Positions 8,796-17,833 of a DNA stretch of 32,000 nucleotides are shown here, piece after piece; the first letter of the stretch is position 1; the number at the start of each line of letters is the position of its first letter. A program made the position numbers and the translations under genes. A model generated the notes under the pieces. That model was not told where the DNA came from. It was given only the letters and a program-made list of their open reading frames with translations, and did no database searches. Source of the stretch: Microcystis aeruginosa NIES-2549 (GTDB lineage Bacteria > Cyanobacteriota > Cyanobacteriia > Cyanobacteriales > Microcystaceae); contig NZ_CP011304.1 in assembly GCF_000981785.2 (NCBI RefSeq), positions 240,001 through 272,000 on the forward strand, in the 5' to 3' direction.

Positions 8796-10097
8796 CTATA
8801 AACTTGCTAAAACCTCTTTAGCTGCGGCCAAAGTCCGTTCGATATCGGCCTCTGTGTGAGCTAAAGAAGTAAAACCGGCTTCAAACTGGGAAGGAGCTAG
8901 ATAAACGCCTCTTTCCAACATTCCCCGGTGAAAACGACCAAATTTAGCCACATCGGCCTTTTTGGCATCTTCATAGTTATGCACGGGGGAGCCGGTGAAA
9001 AACATTCCGAACATGGCACTGATATGACCTCCAGAAACGCTATGACCAGCATCTCTGGCCACTTTCAGCAGCCCTTCAATTAAGGATTTGGTCACTTTAT
9101 CGAGATATTCGTAGGTGCCGGGGCGCTGGAGTAACTCGAGGGTTTTAATTCCCGCCGTCATGGCCAAAGGGTTGCCGGATAAGGTTCCCGCTTGGTACAT
9201 CGGGCCAGCCGGAGCCACCATCGCCATAATATCAGCCCGACCGCCGTAGGCCCCCACCGGCAGCCCACCGCCGATAACTTTGCCGAGGGTGGTTAAATCG
9301 GGGGTAATGCCGAATTTTTCCTGAGCGCCACCGTAGGCGATGCGGAATCCGGTCATTACCTCATCAAACATTAATAGGGACCCGTATTCCTTGGTTAATT
9401 CCCGCAATCCTTCTAAAAAGCCAGCATCCGGCACGATAAAGCCAGCATTACCCACCACTGGCTCTAAAATCACCCCGGCGATAGAGTCGGGATTCTCGAC
9501 AAAGAGGGCTTTTACCGCTTCCAGGTCATTGTAGGGGGCGGTTAAAGTGTTGTTAGTGGTGGTTTTGGGAACCCCCGGCGAGTCGGGTAGGCCCAGGGTC
9601 GCTACACCAGAGCCAGCTTTAACGAGGAACATATCGGCGTGACCGTGGTAACAGCCCTCGAATTTGATGATTTTATCCCGGCCGGTAAAAGCCCGCATTA
9701 AGCGCAGGACGGACATACAGGCTTCGGTGCCGGAATTGACAAAACGCACCATTTCAATGCTGGGAACGGCATCAATCACCATTTCAGCGAGAATATTTTC
9801 CTGGACACAGGGAGCGCCGAAACTGGTTCCTTTATCTAGGGCCTCGTGCAGGGCGGCAATCACTTCGGGATGGGCATGACCACAGATAGCCGGCCCCCAA
9901 GTTCCCACATAGTCGATGTATTCGTTACCGTCCACGTCGCGAATATAGGCCCCTTTGACGCTTTCAAAAACGATGGGTTGACCACCGACGGATTTAAAGG
10001 CTCGCACGGGGGAACTTACACCCCCCGGCATTAATTTTTGAGCGGCTGTAAAGATTTCTTTCGATTTTGTTGTTTGATACGAAGATGTGCTAACCAA
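8796..10097 (-). CDS. hemL: Glutamate-1-semialdehyde 2,1-aminomutase
   Basis: 433 aa, colinear end to end with cyanobacterial HemL as I remember it (MV.S...[26 protein letters not shown] ... [15 protein letters not shown] with the PLP lysine). The start codon is TTG. Confidence 0.95.
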   Translation of the reverse strand: MVSTSSYQTTKSKEIFTAAQKLMPGGVSSPVRAFKSVGGQPIVFESVKGAYIRDVDGNEYIDYVGTWGPAICGHAHPEVIAALHEALDKGTSFGAPCVQENILAEMVIDAVPSIEMVRFVNSGTEACMSVLRLMRAFTGRDKIIKFEGCYHGHADMFLVKAGSGVATLGLPDSPGVPKTTTNNTLTAPYNDLEAVKALFVENPDSIAGVILEPVVGNAGFIVPDAGFLEGLRELTKEYGSLLMFDEVMTGFRIAYGGAQEKFGITPDLTTLGKVIGGGLPVGAYGGRADIMAMVAPAGPMYQAGTLSGNPLAMTAGIKTLELLQRPGTYEYLDKVTKSLIEGLLKVARDAGHSVSGGHISAMFGMFFTGSPVHNYEDAKKADVAKFGRFHRGMLERGVYLAPSQFEAGFTSLAHTEADIERTLAAAKEVLASL

Positions 10098-10346
10098 TCC
10101 TGTCTCCTTGTCTACTTGAGTCTATCGATTCCGGGGGAGGCCCAGAGCTTTGTTTTGTTAAGTTCCTGCTGCTTGTTCCATTTTAAAGATCACTGGCCTA
10201 CATTTGACGCAATTTTTCCCTAAGAAAAGCGCTGGTCGGCTAAAGTCTCGGCTCTTCTGGGTTCTGTGTGATAAGTTTAACTTACTATATGATCGATCAA
10301 TCTTTGTGTCCTCTGTGTCTGGAGTGGTTCCTTCCACTTTGACAAT

Positions 10347-10470
10347 TTTTCCACAATCTTTTCAGAATTGCTCAAAACATCCTAGCAATGGGCGAAGTTA
10401 TTGCTATTGATAGATTTTAGCCCGGAAAGAGCGATCAAAAAAAGCTCAGGTTTTCCACAGATTTTCCACA
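10347..10470 (+). promoter_or_regulatory. Cluster of three perfect DnaA boxes (TTTTCCACA) upstream of dnaN: candidate oriC or DnaA-controlled dnaN promoter
   Basis: Boxes lie at 10347-10355, 10451-10459 and 10462-10470, all in the same orientation. An A/T-rich stretch at 10480-10515 follows, before the dnaN ATG at 10520. Confidence 0.55.
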
Positions 10471-10519
10471 GGGGAATTCTTGCTATTATTTTTTAGCGTA
10501 CAAAAAAACTATTCCTGCT

Positions 10520-11668
10520 ATGAAATTTACCAGTAGTCAAAGCGAACTCAACAGCAATTTATCCCTAGTTAGTCGGGCCGTTGCCAGTCGTCCTACCCAT
10601 CCGGTGTTGGGAAATGTTCTCTTTTGTGCCGATGAGGAAAAGGGCGAAATTAGCCTGACTGCTTTTGATTTGAGTTTAGGGATTCGCACCAGTTTTCGGG
10701 CCGAAGTGGTGGAAGGGGGTAAAATTACCCTGCCGGCAAAATTGCTTAACGATATTGTCTCTCGTTTGGGAGAGGGGGAAATCACTATCTCTGTGGAAGA
10801 AAACGAGAATGATGAGGAGCATAGTCTCGCTTTCCTGAAAACCGCCTCGGCACAGTTTCAAATTCGCGGCATGAAGGCCGATGAGTTCCCAGAATTGCCC
10901 ACGGTGGCCGATGGAGAAATTGTTAATTTACCTGTAGTTGCCTTGACAGAGGGACTAAAAGGTGCTTTGTTTGCCGCTAGTGGCGATGAAACTAAACAGG
11001 TGTTGACGGGGGTGCATTTAACTAAAACCGTCGATTGTCTAGAATTTGCCGCCACAGACGGTCATCGTTTAGCGGTGGTACAAACTCCCCTAGAGGAGGT
11101 GGAAAGTGCCTCTGGTGGCTTTAATGTCACCATTCCGGCCCGGGCCCTGCGAGAATTGGAAAGAATGATGGCAACAAAACAAAATATCGAGACTATTACT
11201 CTGCATGTGGATGATTCTCAAGTCATCTTTGAAATGGGGGAACAGAGGTTAACCAGTCGTAAGTTAGAAGGGGCCTATCCCACTTATAATCAGTTAATTC
11301 CTAAATCCTTCGAGCGTTCTTTGGTTTTAGACCGCAAACAATTAATCCGTTGTTTGGAATTAGTGGCGGTTTTATCGGACCAAAAGAATAATTTAGTCAA
11401 GTTTAGTCTCGATGGCGAGAATAGTCGTTTATCCCTAGCGGTGGAGTCTCCCGATTTAGGTAGCGCCAAAGAGTCCATGGCGGCGGAAATTCAGGGAGAA
11501 AGTGGCGATATTGCCTTTAATGTTAAATATTTAATGGACGGTTTGAAGGCTTTACCCAATAATGATATCCAAATGCAGTTAAATGCTAGTACCCAACCGG
11601 TTATTTTTACCCCCTTGGGAGGTTTAAAGATGACCTATTTGGTGATGCCGGTACAAATTCGTCAGTAA
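10520..11668 (+). CDS. dnaN: DNA polymerase III subunit beta (sliding clamp)
   Basis: 382 aa with typical three-domain clamp length and motifs (LSLVSRAV..RPTHPVLGNVL; ATDGHRLA; the C-terminus ..PLGGLKMTYLVMPVQIR matches the usual clamp ending). Confidence 0.95.
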   Translation: MKFTSSQSELNSNLSLVSRAVASRPTHPVLGNVLFCADEEKGEISLTAFDLSLGIRTSFRAEVVEGGKITLPAKLLNDIVSRLGEGEITISVEENENDEEHSLAFLKTASAQFQIRGMKADEFPELPTVADGEIVNLPVVALTEGLKGALFAASGDETKQVLTGVHLTKTVDCLEFAATDGHRLAVVQTPLEEVESASGGFNVTIPARALRELERMMATKQNIETITLHVDDSQVIFEMGEQRLTSRKLEGAYPTYNQLIPKSFERSLVLDRKQLIRCLELVAVLSDQKNNLVKFSLDGENSRLSLAVESPDLGSAKESMAAEIQGESGDIAFNVKYLMDGLKALPNNDIQMQLNASTQPVIFTPLGGLKMTYLVMPVQIRQ

Positions 11669-11827
11669 TTTTTCTCTAGCAATTACCTCAAGGAGTGGGA
11701 GACTTTTCCGCTATCAGCTTTCAGCATTTGTTTGGCAATTGATTAGAAAGTTTTCTAGTTATTATCACAGTCCGAGTCCCTGACTGCTGAATGCTTAAAG
11801 ACTCCTGACTCCCCCAATTCTGGTTAA

Positions 11828-13879
11828 TTAATACCAATCATCCATCGACCGGAAAATTGAGGCATCGGGGAACACAGTGGGATTACCACTAGCGTCGATT
11901 TTTTGCCGTAATTCTCGCAATTGTTTATTGCCGATGAGAAAATCACTTTCTACTAATTGATAGGGCAGTACATTATTATCTAAAGCATACACTGCCGTGA
12001 TGCCAGCAGCTACCCCAGAGGACCACTCGAAGGAATGGACACGATAGGCGGCCGCGGCAATATGACTGAGAGCGATACTTTTACCCGATATCAGTAAATT
12101 ATCGATTTTTTGGGGAATTATAGCCCTTAAAGGAATCTCGAAGGGGTAAGCTTGGCCCTGTCCCTGTCTTTCTCCTGCTTTTTCTGTATTACCCGGTTTT
12201 TCGGGGGGATGTTCCGTCATGCAGGGATGAAAATCAATCGCATAGTGACCGATACCGACGGAATCGGGGTAAATGGTCGAGCGCTTGCGTTTAACGGCCT
12301 GATCGGGGGATAATGTGCCATCAAGTACGGAAAATCCCTCTAATCCTGCCAAGGTGGCAATTAAGCGCCGATATTCTGCTGGGGAAAGATTCTGACGATA
12401 GAAATCGCTTTGAAAATTTTGTCGGGAAATATCGATTTCCGTGACGGTAAAACCAGTGGGGAAAGTCAGGGAAGGACGACCGATAATCCGTCTTGCTTCC
12501 CGAATATAGGGGTATTTTGACAAACCGTGGGCAGTTCCCATGGGAGAATCAAAACCGGACAGATAACGGTTATTCAAATGGGGAACTTTTGCCCCGTCCC
12601 CTAACTGGGAATCGGTGGTTCCTTCTACTAGCCAATAATAGTAGGAAATGGCGTGTTCTTCGCCCCTTGCGAGGGTTTCTGTGCGTAATCCTCCCATCCA
12701 TCCCCCGGGAGATAACTGTCCTAACTCTTGCAACTGTTCACGCGTGTAGATAAAGTTATCCTTCCCAGTCCCCGGACGATAATCATTTCCCCAGGTCCAA
12801 TTCTGCATGGAAATATCCCCCGGGACGGGTTCGGTAAAAGTAATTCCCCCAAAGGTTTTTTCTTTACCCAGTTGTGGACTCCAGATACGACGATAGGTGA
12901 AAACTAGGTCAAAATCGGCTAATCGCGGCAATTCATAGCTAAAATAGGGGGCATAGCGTTCATAATAAACGGGTTTCTCGTGGGTTTGTGGTTTTTCTGT
13001 TTCCTCCATGGCGAAGGTATAGGTAAAGCCTTGGGTACAGTAGGGGTCGCCAGTGACGCTAGAGGAAGAAGGTTCGAGATAACTGCGCTTATCGACCCCT
13101 AAACGGTAGGGAATATCTGATAATCCGATGATTTCCCCGGTTTCGGTCGCTTCAATCACATACCAATCTGCTAATTGATTCGGTTGGGAGGATTTGGAGA
13201 CAAAACGGAGGATTTTTTTATCAAAACGGGGAGAATTTTCGTAGCGATAGATATCCTCCATTTTTTGCGATAAAAACTCGGTATTTAGGGGAGGAGTACC
13301 TTTTGCGGGACTATGTTGAATGGCAATTACACTGGTAATCTGTTGACCGGTGCCGCGATTGGGTAAAGTTTCAATATTTAATTCTTTGACTACCGTGGAG
13401 GGAAACCATTTCAGGGTTCCTTTACCTTTTTTGGCAGCGTCTTCTAACTGTTGAAATAATAATTTATGTCCGTCAAAAGGGAAAAAACAAGACCCACTTA
13501 CCCAACATTCCCCGGGGTTTTGTTTGCCGTAATGCTTTCTAATTCTTTCCCTAAATTCTAGATAACCTTTCGGGAAAAATAATTTTTCTCTTTGTGTCCG
13601 TCTTTCATCTAATGCGGAGGTTCCCTGAGAAGATATCTGTCCCCCCACCCAGTCGGTAATCTCGGTTAAACAGACGGTTTTTCCTAATAATAAGGCTTCG
13701 TAGGCCGCACCGGCACCGGCTAAACCACCACCCACCACCAGAATATCACAGCCGACGGTTTGATCCGGTTCTCGCGGGGGGGCTGCTAGGGTGAGGGGAG
13801 TGAAAGCTTGCAGGAGAAATAATCCCAGAGAGAGGGATTTAAGGGGAGTAAAGTGATGATTGAAAATTTTAGGGGACAT
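11828..13879 (-). CDS. FAD-dependent oxidoreductase with an N-terminal signal peptide or anchor
   Basis: Rossmann dinucleotide motif DILVVGGGLAGAGAAYEA follows a hydrophobic leader (LSLGLFLLQAFTPLTLAAP). The track start at 13888 is TTG. ATG at 13879 (MSPKIF) is preferred. Confidence 0.8.
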   Translation of the reverse strand: MSPKIFNHHFTPLKSLSLGLFLLQAFTPLTLAAPPREPDQTVGCDILVVGGGLAGAGAAYEALLLGKTVCLTEITDWVGGQISSQGTSALDERRTQREKLFFPKGYLEFRERIRKHYGKQNPGECWVSGSCFFPFDGHKLLFQQLEDAAKKGKGTLKWFPSTVVKELNIETLPNRGTGQQITSVIAIQHSPAKGTPPLNTEFLSQKMEDIYRYENSPRFDKKILRFVSKSSQPNQLADWYVIEATETGEIIGLSDIPYRLGVDKRSYLEPSSSSVTGDPYCTQGFTYTFAMEETEKPQTHEKPVYYERYAPYFSYELPRLADFDLVFTYRRIWSPQLGKEKTFGGITFTEPVPGDISMQNWTWGNDYRPGTGKDNFIYTREQLQELGQLSPGGWMGGLRTETLARGEEHAISYYYWLVEGTTDSQLGDGAKVPHLNNRYLSGFDSPMGTAHGLSKYPYIREARRIIGRPSLTFPTGFTVTEIDISRQNFQSDFYRQNLSPAEYRRLIATLAGLEGFSVLDGTLSPDQAVKRKRSTIYPDSVGIGHYAIDFHPCMTEHPPEKPGNTEKAGERQGQGQAYPFEIPLRAIIPQKIDNLLISGKSIALSHIAAAAYRVHSFEWSSGVAAGITAVYALDNNVLPYQLVESDFLIGNKQLRELRQKIDASGNPTVFPDASIFRSMDDWY

Positions 13880-14123
13880 TATTGACAAATATCAATGTTG
13901 TGGCTGAGAGTTTCCTCTTTCTTTGAAGAAGTAGCCAGAGCATCTGTTCCTGAAATCCTGATGGTTTTTTTTGGGCGATATTGAGAACTTTGTAGCTTGA
14001 TGCTGGCTTTTGAGAGATTATACACCTTCAAGCTGACAATCGATCGCTTTTCCGGAAATGTTTTGACACAATAGAGATAGCCTGATTCTGTCTCATTCCC
14101 TTTGTTATTCCCTGTCATCCTTC

Positions 14124-14687
14124 TTAGGTTAAATGCAAAACAAATCCGGGTAAGACATCTTCCCCAGATAAAATCGCAGGTAAATTAATAATTTCCACAC
14201 TGCCATTTAGTCGGTAGATTTCCACCTGCTGCTGTTGAGGATTAATCAACCAACCCAAACGTAAACCACTGGCTAAATATTCGCGCATCTTGTCGCGTAA
14301 AGAGGTTAAAGAATCGCTACGAGAACGTAATTCAATCACAAAATCGGGACACAAAGGTGGGAACTTTTCTCGCTCTTCTGCGCTCAAAGCTTCCCATCTC
14401 TCCCGTTTTATCCAAGCAACATCAGGAGAACGATATCCTCCCTTTGGTAAACGAAAAATTGTCGAAGAACTAAAGACTTTACCAGAATTACTTTGACGAT
14501 TCCAAATCGTTACATCAGCAATTAAATCAGCTTCTCGATTACCGCTATTTCCACCCACGGGAGGCATAATTAATAATTCTCCTTTCTGATTACGTTCTAA
14601 ATTCCATGTTTGATTGTCCTGACAGAGATGATAAAATTGTTCATCGGTCAGATTAACTGTCTCGATATTTAACACTACAGTTTCCAT
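14124..14687 (-). CDS. Uma2 family (DUF820) putative PD-(D/E)xK endonuclease, copy A
   Basis: 187 aa from ATG 14687; the track's 14693 is an upstream GTG. Family hallmarks are the ..WNLERN.KGELLIMPP start and PDVAW..(n)..PDFVIELRS (D...E.R/K nuclease-fold motif). Confidence 0.85.
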   Translation of the reverse strand: METVVLNIETVNLTDEQFYHLCQDNQTWNLERNQKGELLIMPPVGGNSGNREADLIADVTIWNRQSNSGKVFSSSTIFRLPKGGYRSPDVAWIKRERWEALSAEEREKFPPLCPDFVIELRSRSDSLTSLRDKMREYLASGLRLGWLINPQQQQVEIYRLNGSVEIINLPAILSGEDVLPGFVLHLT

Positions 14688-14850
14688 AATCACTTCTACT
14701 TTTTGCTACTTTATACACTATAACTCATAGCAGTTATCTTAATGGTGAGGTGGGAAGTCTCTGGTTTTAGGGAACGCCTGAACTGCTGTATCAGTTATCA
14801 GTTCAGGGAAAAATATGTGTAATTAATTCTGTCTGGGTACTCAATCCTTC

Positions 14851-15414
14851 TTAGGTTAAATGCAAAACAAATCCGGGTAAGACATCTTCCCCAGATAAAG
14901 TAGCAGGTAAATTAATAATTTCCACACTGCCATTTAGTCGGTAGATTTCCACCTGCTGCTGTTGAGGATTAATCAACCAACCCAAACGTAAACCACTGGC
15001 TAAATATTCGCGCATCTTGTCGCGTAAAGAGGTTAAAGAATCGCTACGAGAACGTAATTCAATCACAAAATCGGGACATAAAGGGGGGAACTTTTCTCGC
15101 TCTTCTGCGCTCAAAGCTTTCCATCTCTCCCGTTTTATCCAAGCAACATCAGGAAAACGATATCCTCCCTTTGGTAAACGAAAAATTGTCGAAGAACTAA
15201 ACACCTCACCAAGTTGAGTTTGCTCGTTCCATACCCCCACTTTAACAATCAAATTAGCTTCTTGTTTACCAGTATTTCCACCCACGGGAGGCATAATTAA
15301 TAATTCTCCTTTTTGATTACGTTCTAAATTCCATGTTTGATTGTCCTGACAGAGATGATAAAATTGTTCATCAGTCAGATTAACTGTCTCGAGATTTAAC
15401 ACTACAGTTTCCAT
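14851..15414 (-). CDS. Uma2 family (DUF820) putative PD-(D/E)xK endonuclease, copy B
   Basis: 187 aa, the same length as copy A, and preceded by GGAGAAG. Identical motif layout to copy A. Confidence 0.85.
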   Translation of the reverse strand: METVVLNLETVNLTDEQFYHLCQDNQTWNLERNQKGELLIMPPVGGNTGKQEANLIVKVGVWNEQTQLGEVFSSSTIFRLPKGGYRFPDVAWIKRERWKALSAEEREKFPPLCPDFVIELRSRSDSLTSLRDKMREYLASGLRLGWLINPQQQQVEIYRLNGSVEIINLPATLSGEDVLPGFVLHLT

Positions 15415-15471
15415 AATCGCTTCTCCTTCTTGCTACTTTATAAGAATGGCTATATCGTGATTAATCTCAAC

Positions 15472-16998
15472 CTATTTACCTAATTGACTCTCTAAAAATT
15501 CTGACCAATTGGGGTTAGTAGTGTCTAGGGAAATTAGATAGGGTTGTTCTTTTTCATTAAAAGGTTCTGTTTTCTCAATTTGGGCATTTAAAACCTCGAT
15601 AGTAGCGTCAGAAATATCGCCTTTTCTAGCGGCAATCCGTTGTTTTAAAACTTCTATAGGTGCGTGACAATGGACAATATGAAAAGGAATCTGTAAATTT
15701 TTTGCATAGGTTAATAAGGGTTCTCGCCAAGCATATTTATCATAGCGTGCATCGAGAATAACTGGATAACCTAAAGCTATTAAAATTCGGGCTAATTCCT
15801 CCAGTCTAGCAAAGGTTTTTTGACTCATTTCGAGACTATATATATCTAGACTTCCTGTTTGATTTAAGTCAATTCCAGCCAAATGTTTACGAACTGCATC
15901 GGAACGAATCTGAATAGCATTAAGATTTTGAGCAATTACTTTCCCTATGGTACTCTTACCCGATGCAGAAAATCCCGACATCAGAATTAATCTCGGTTTC
16001 TGCGGTTGTGTGTACTGCCAAGCTAATTGATAATAATCCTGTGCATTGGCTTTAATTTTCTCGGAAAAACTGTCACCATCAAGCAAAAAACTATTGACTT
16101 TTGCCCTCACATACGCTTGTCTAGTCAGGTAGAGAGGCAAGACTTTTAAACCCTCCCAGTCGGCGGTTTGTTCTAGATAAGTATTGACAAATAAATTAGC
16201 GAAATCTTCTCTCCCTCTAGCGGTTAAATCCATGGCGGTAAAAGCAAGATCATACATGACATCAACGAAGCGAAAAGATTCATTAAATTCTATGCGATCA
16301 AATAATTGTATTTCTCCCTGCCACTGACAGATATTATTTAAATGTAAGTCGCCGTGACATTCACGAATCATCCCTTTTATTTGTCTTTCTTCTAACCAAT
16401 CTCGATGTTCTGCGAAGAATTTATCTGTATAAGCTCTCGTTTCATCGTATTGTTTTTGGGTTTGGACAAAATTAATATATTTCTCGGTTTGTTGATAGTT
16501 TTCATCAAAAGCTTGTTTAATAATTTCTAAATTACCAAATTGACTAATATAGGAATTAGTCAGAGATTGCCGATGAAACTGTGCCACCTTTTCAGCCAAA
16601 GACTCTATCGCTTTTTCCGTTAGTTCTCCCCGTTCAAAAATTTTACTCAGTAAACATTCTTGGGGAAACTGATTCATTTTTAAAATGTATTCAATCGCCT
16701 TTCCTTTTCCATTTAAACTTATGCTACCCATTTCATCATTAATTGACAAAACTTCCAGATAGATACTGGCGGCAACTTTTTTATTTAACTCTAGTTCCTG
16801 TTCTAGATAATATTTCCTCTTTTCTAAAGTGGAGAAATCTAAAAAATTATAATTAACTGGTTTCTTGACTTTATAGGCATAATCTCCTGTCAAGAAGATC
16901 ATTGAAGCATGGGTTTGGATAATTTCAACGGGAATTTTAACAGAATGAGGATAAAAGTCGGGATTTTTTAATTCTTCGGTTAATCGGTTGCTATCCAT
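15472..16998 (-). CDS. Fusion protein: N-terminal aminoglycoside-phosphotransferase-like (protein-kinase-fold) domain plus C-terminal P-loop (AAA_33-like) kinase/ATPase domain
   Basis: HGDLHLNNI catalytic-loop motif and FDRIEF in the N-terminal part; Walker A GFSASGKST in the C-terminal part. ATG at 16998 (MDSNRL) is preceded by GAGGAG. The track start at 17022 is 8 codons upstream. Confidence 0.75.
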   Translation of the reverse strand: MDSNRLTEELKNPDFYPHSVKIPVEIIQTHASMIFLTGDYAYKVKKPVNYNFLDFSTLEKRKYYLEQELELNKKVAASIYLEVLSINDEMGSISLNGKGKAIEYILKMNQFPQECLLSKIFERGELTEKAIESLAEKVAQFHRQSLTNSYISQFGNLEIIKQAFDENYQQTEKYINFVQTQKQYDETRAYTDKFFAEHRDWLEERQIKGMIRECHGDLHLNNICQWQGEIQLFDRIEFNESFRFVDVMYDLAFTAMDLTARGREDFANLFVNTYLEQTADWEGLKVLPLYLTRQAYVRAKVNSFLLDGDSFSEKIKANAQDYYQLAWQYTQPQKPRLILMSGFSASGKSTIGKVIAQNLNAIQIRSDAVRKHLAGIDLNQTGSLDIYSLEMSQKTFARLEELARILIALGYPVILDARYDKYAWREPLLTYAKNLQIPFHIVHCHAPIEVLKQRIAARKGDISDATIEVLNAQIEKTEPFNEKEQPYLISLDTTNPNWSEFLESQLGK

Positions 16999-17300
16999 AG
17001 GGAGAACTCCTCGGTGGTACATCTCATTTTTGTCAATTTACTAAGTTGGGATTTTTAAAGGGAAAATCTCTGCTAAAATAGGACTTTGTTTCTGATTTTA
17101 TCACTCAATCTGGGCCCTTGAGGGTTTCTACTCCCCAAACCTCGTTAGGGAGGACAGGACTTCGCGACCCACGCGCGTGGTTTTAGATGTCCGTGGAGAA
17201 AGTGCCTCCCCCAAAGGTCAGAAAGCATTAGCTTTGCAAATGGGATGCTTACACTCGGTTATCCGTACATTTGTATTAGTTTGTTGCTGATAGTCGGTAT

Positions 17301-17757
17301 TTCTGCAAATCTGAGGTGCAGCAGGTCTAAATTAATGAAAACTGCATCATGCAGGATGAGAGCTTTGTCAACTAAGCTTTGAGCGACCTGCGGGAATTAT
17401 GGGTACAGTTAGTTTTAGATAATTTTGCCACCGACTATTCCTCATTAAGTTATATTTATAAATACATCTTCGACACTTTGAAGATCGATCGATCAAACCT
17501 TTATCCAATCTTTACAATCAAAAACCAAGCATTTAGCCATGTTATCGACTATGATCGGCCTAGGACAGAATTTGAATTTACGAGTTATTGCCGTCGGGGG
17601 AGAAAGTTTACAACAGTTGGATATTTGCCAACGTCTCGATTGTGAAGAAGTACAAGGATTTTGGTTGACTCGGACTTTGAACCCAGAAGATGTGACACAA
17701 TTACTGTTAAGTAACTGTTCCGAATTCCCCCAACACTTTATTGAGAAAATAAATTAA
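17301..17757 (+). pseudogene. Decayed C-terminal half of an EAL (c-di-GMP phosphodiesterase) domain
   Basis: Frame 0 reads SEVQQV*INENCIMQDESFVN*ALSDLRELWVQLVLDNFATDYSSLSYIYKYIFDTLKIDRS, compared with the consensus LEvTE..imEN...L..Lr.lGv.l.lDDFGTGYSSLsyL..fp.d.LKIDRS. In-frame TAA stops lie at 17328 and 17373. After a frameshift near 17535 the reading continues as LRVIAVGGESLQQLDICQRLDCEEVQGFWLTRTL, compared with viAEGVEt.eQl..l..lgCd.vQGy.fsrPl. Confidence 0.65.
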
Positions 17758-17833
17758 CTTAAAGACGAATAAGCCATGGCTTTTGAGGGAGTATATTAAC
17801 TTATATTTTTAGTTTTGTCGAGGTGCAGAAAAA

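Larger units (their letters stand above)
14117..15453. repeat. Tandem duplication: two 610-bp units (14117-14726 and 14844-15453, period 727 bp) separated by a 117-bp spacer; each unit carries one Uma2 gene
   Basis: Base-by-base comparison by hand. The unit boundaries are sharp at both ends. See findings for the internal divergent block. Confidence 0.9.

Noticed and set aside
13879-14118. A 79-aa minus-strand ORF between Uma2-A and the FAD oxidoreductase. Its TAA overlaps the downstream ATG (TAATG), hinting at translational coupling.
   Set aside because: The sequence is Lys/Ser-rich and low in complexity. It has no usable RBS spacing (GAAGG abuts the ATG) and no family resemblance. Its 5' end is simply the edge of the duplicated Uma2 unit. 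It is kept only as a remote possibility.
14475-14545. The hypervariable block in Uma2 as the target of a diversity-generating retroelement.
   Set aside because: The window contains no reverse transcriptase and no template repeat. The substitutions are not adenine-specific; all base classes differ.
17101-17300. An attempt to extend the EAL pseudogene upstream, for example THARGF..P as HP.RG..sP, or GISANL as isVNLS.
   Set aside because: The distances to the E.TE motif do not fit the domain (about 43 aa observed against about 85 aa expected). The ISANL reading overlaps the better-supported SEVQQV frame. The similarity is too weak to claim.
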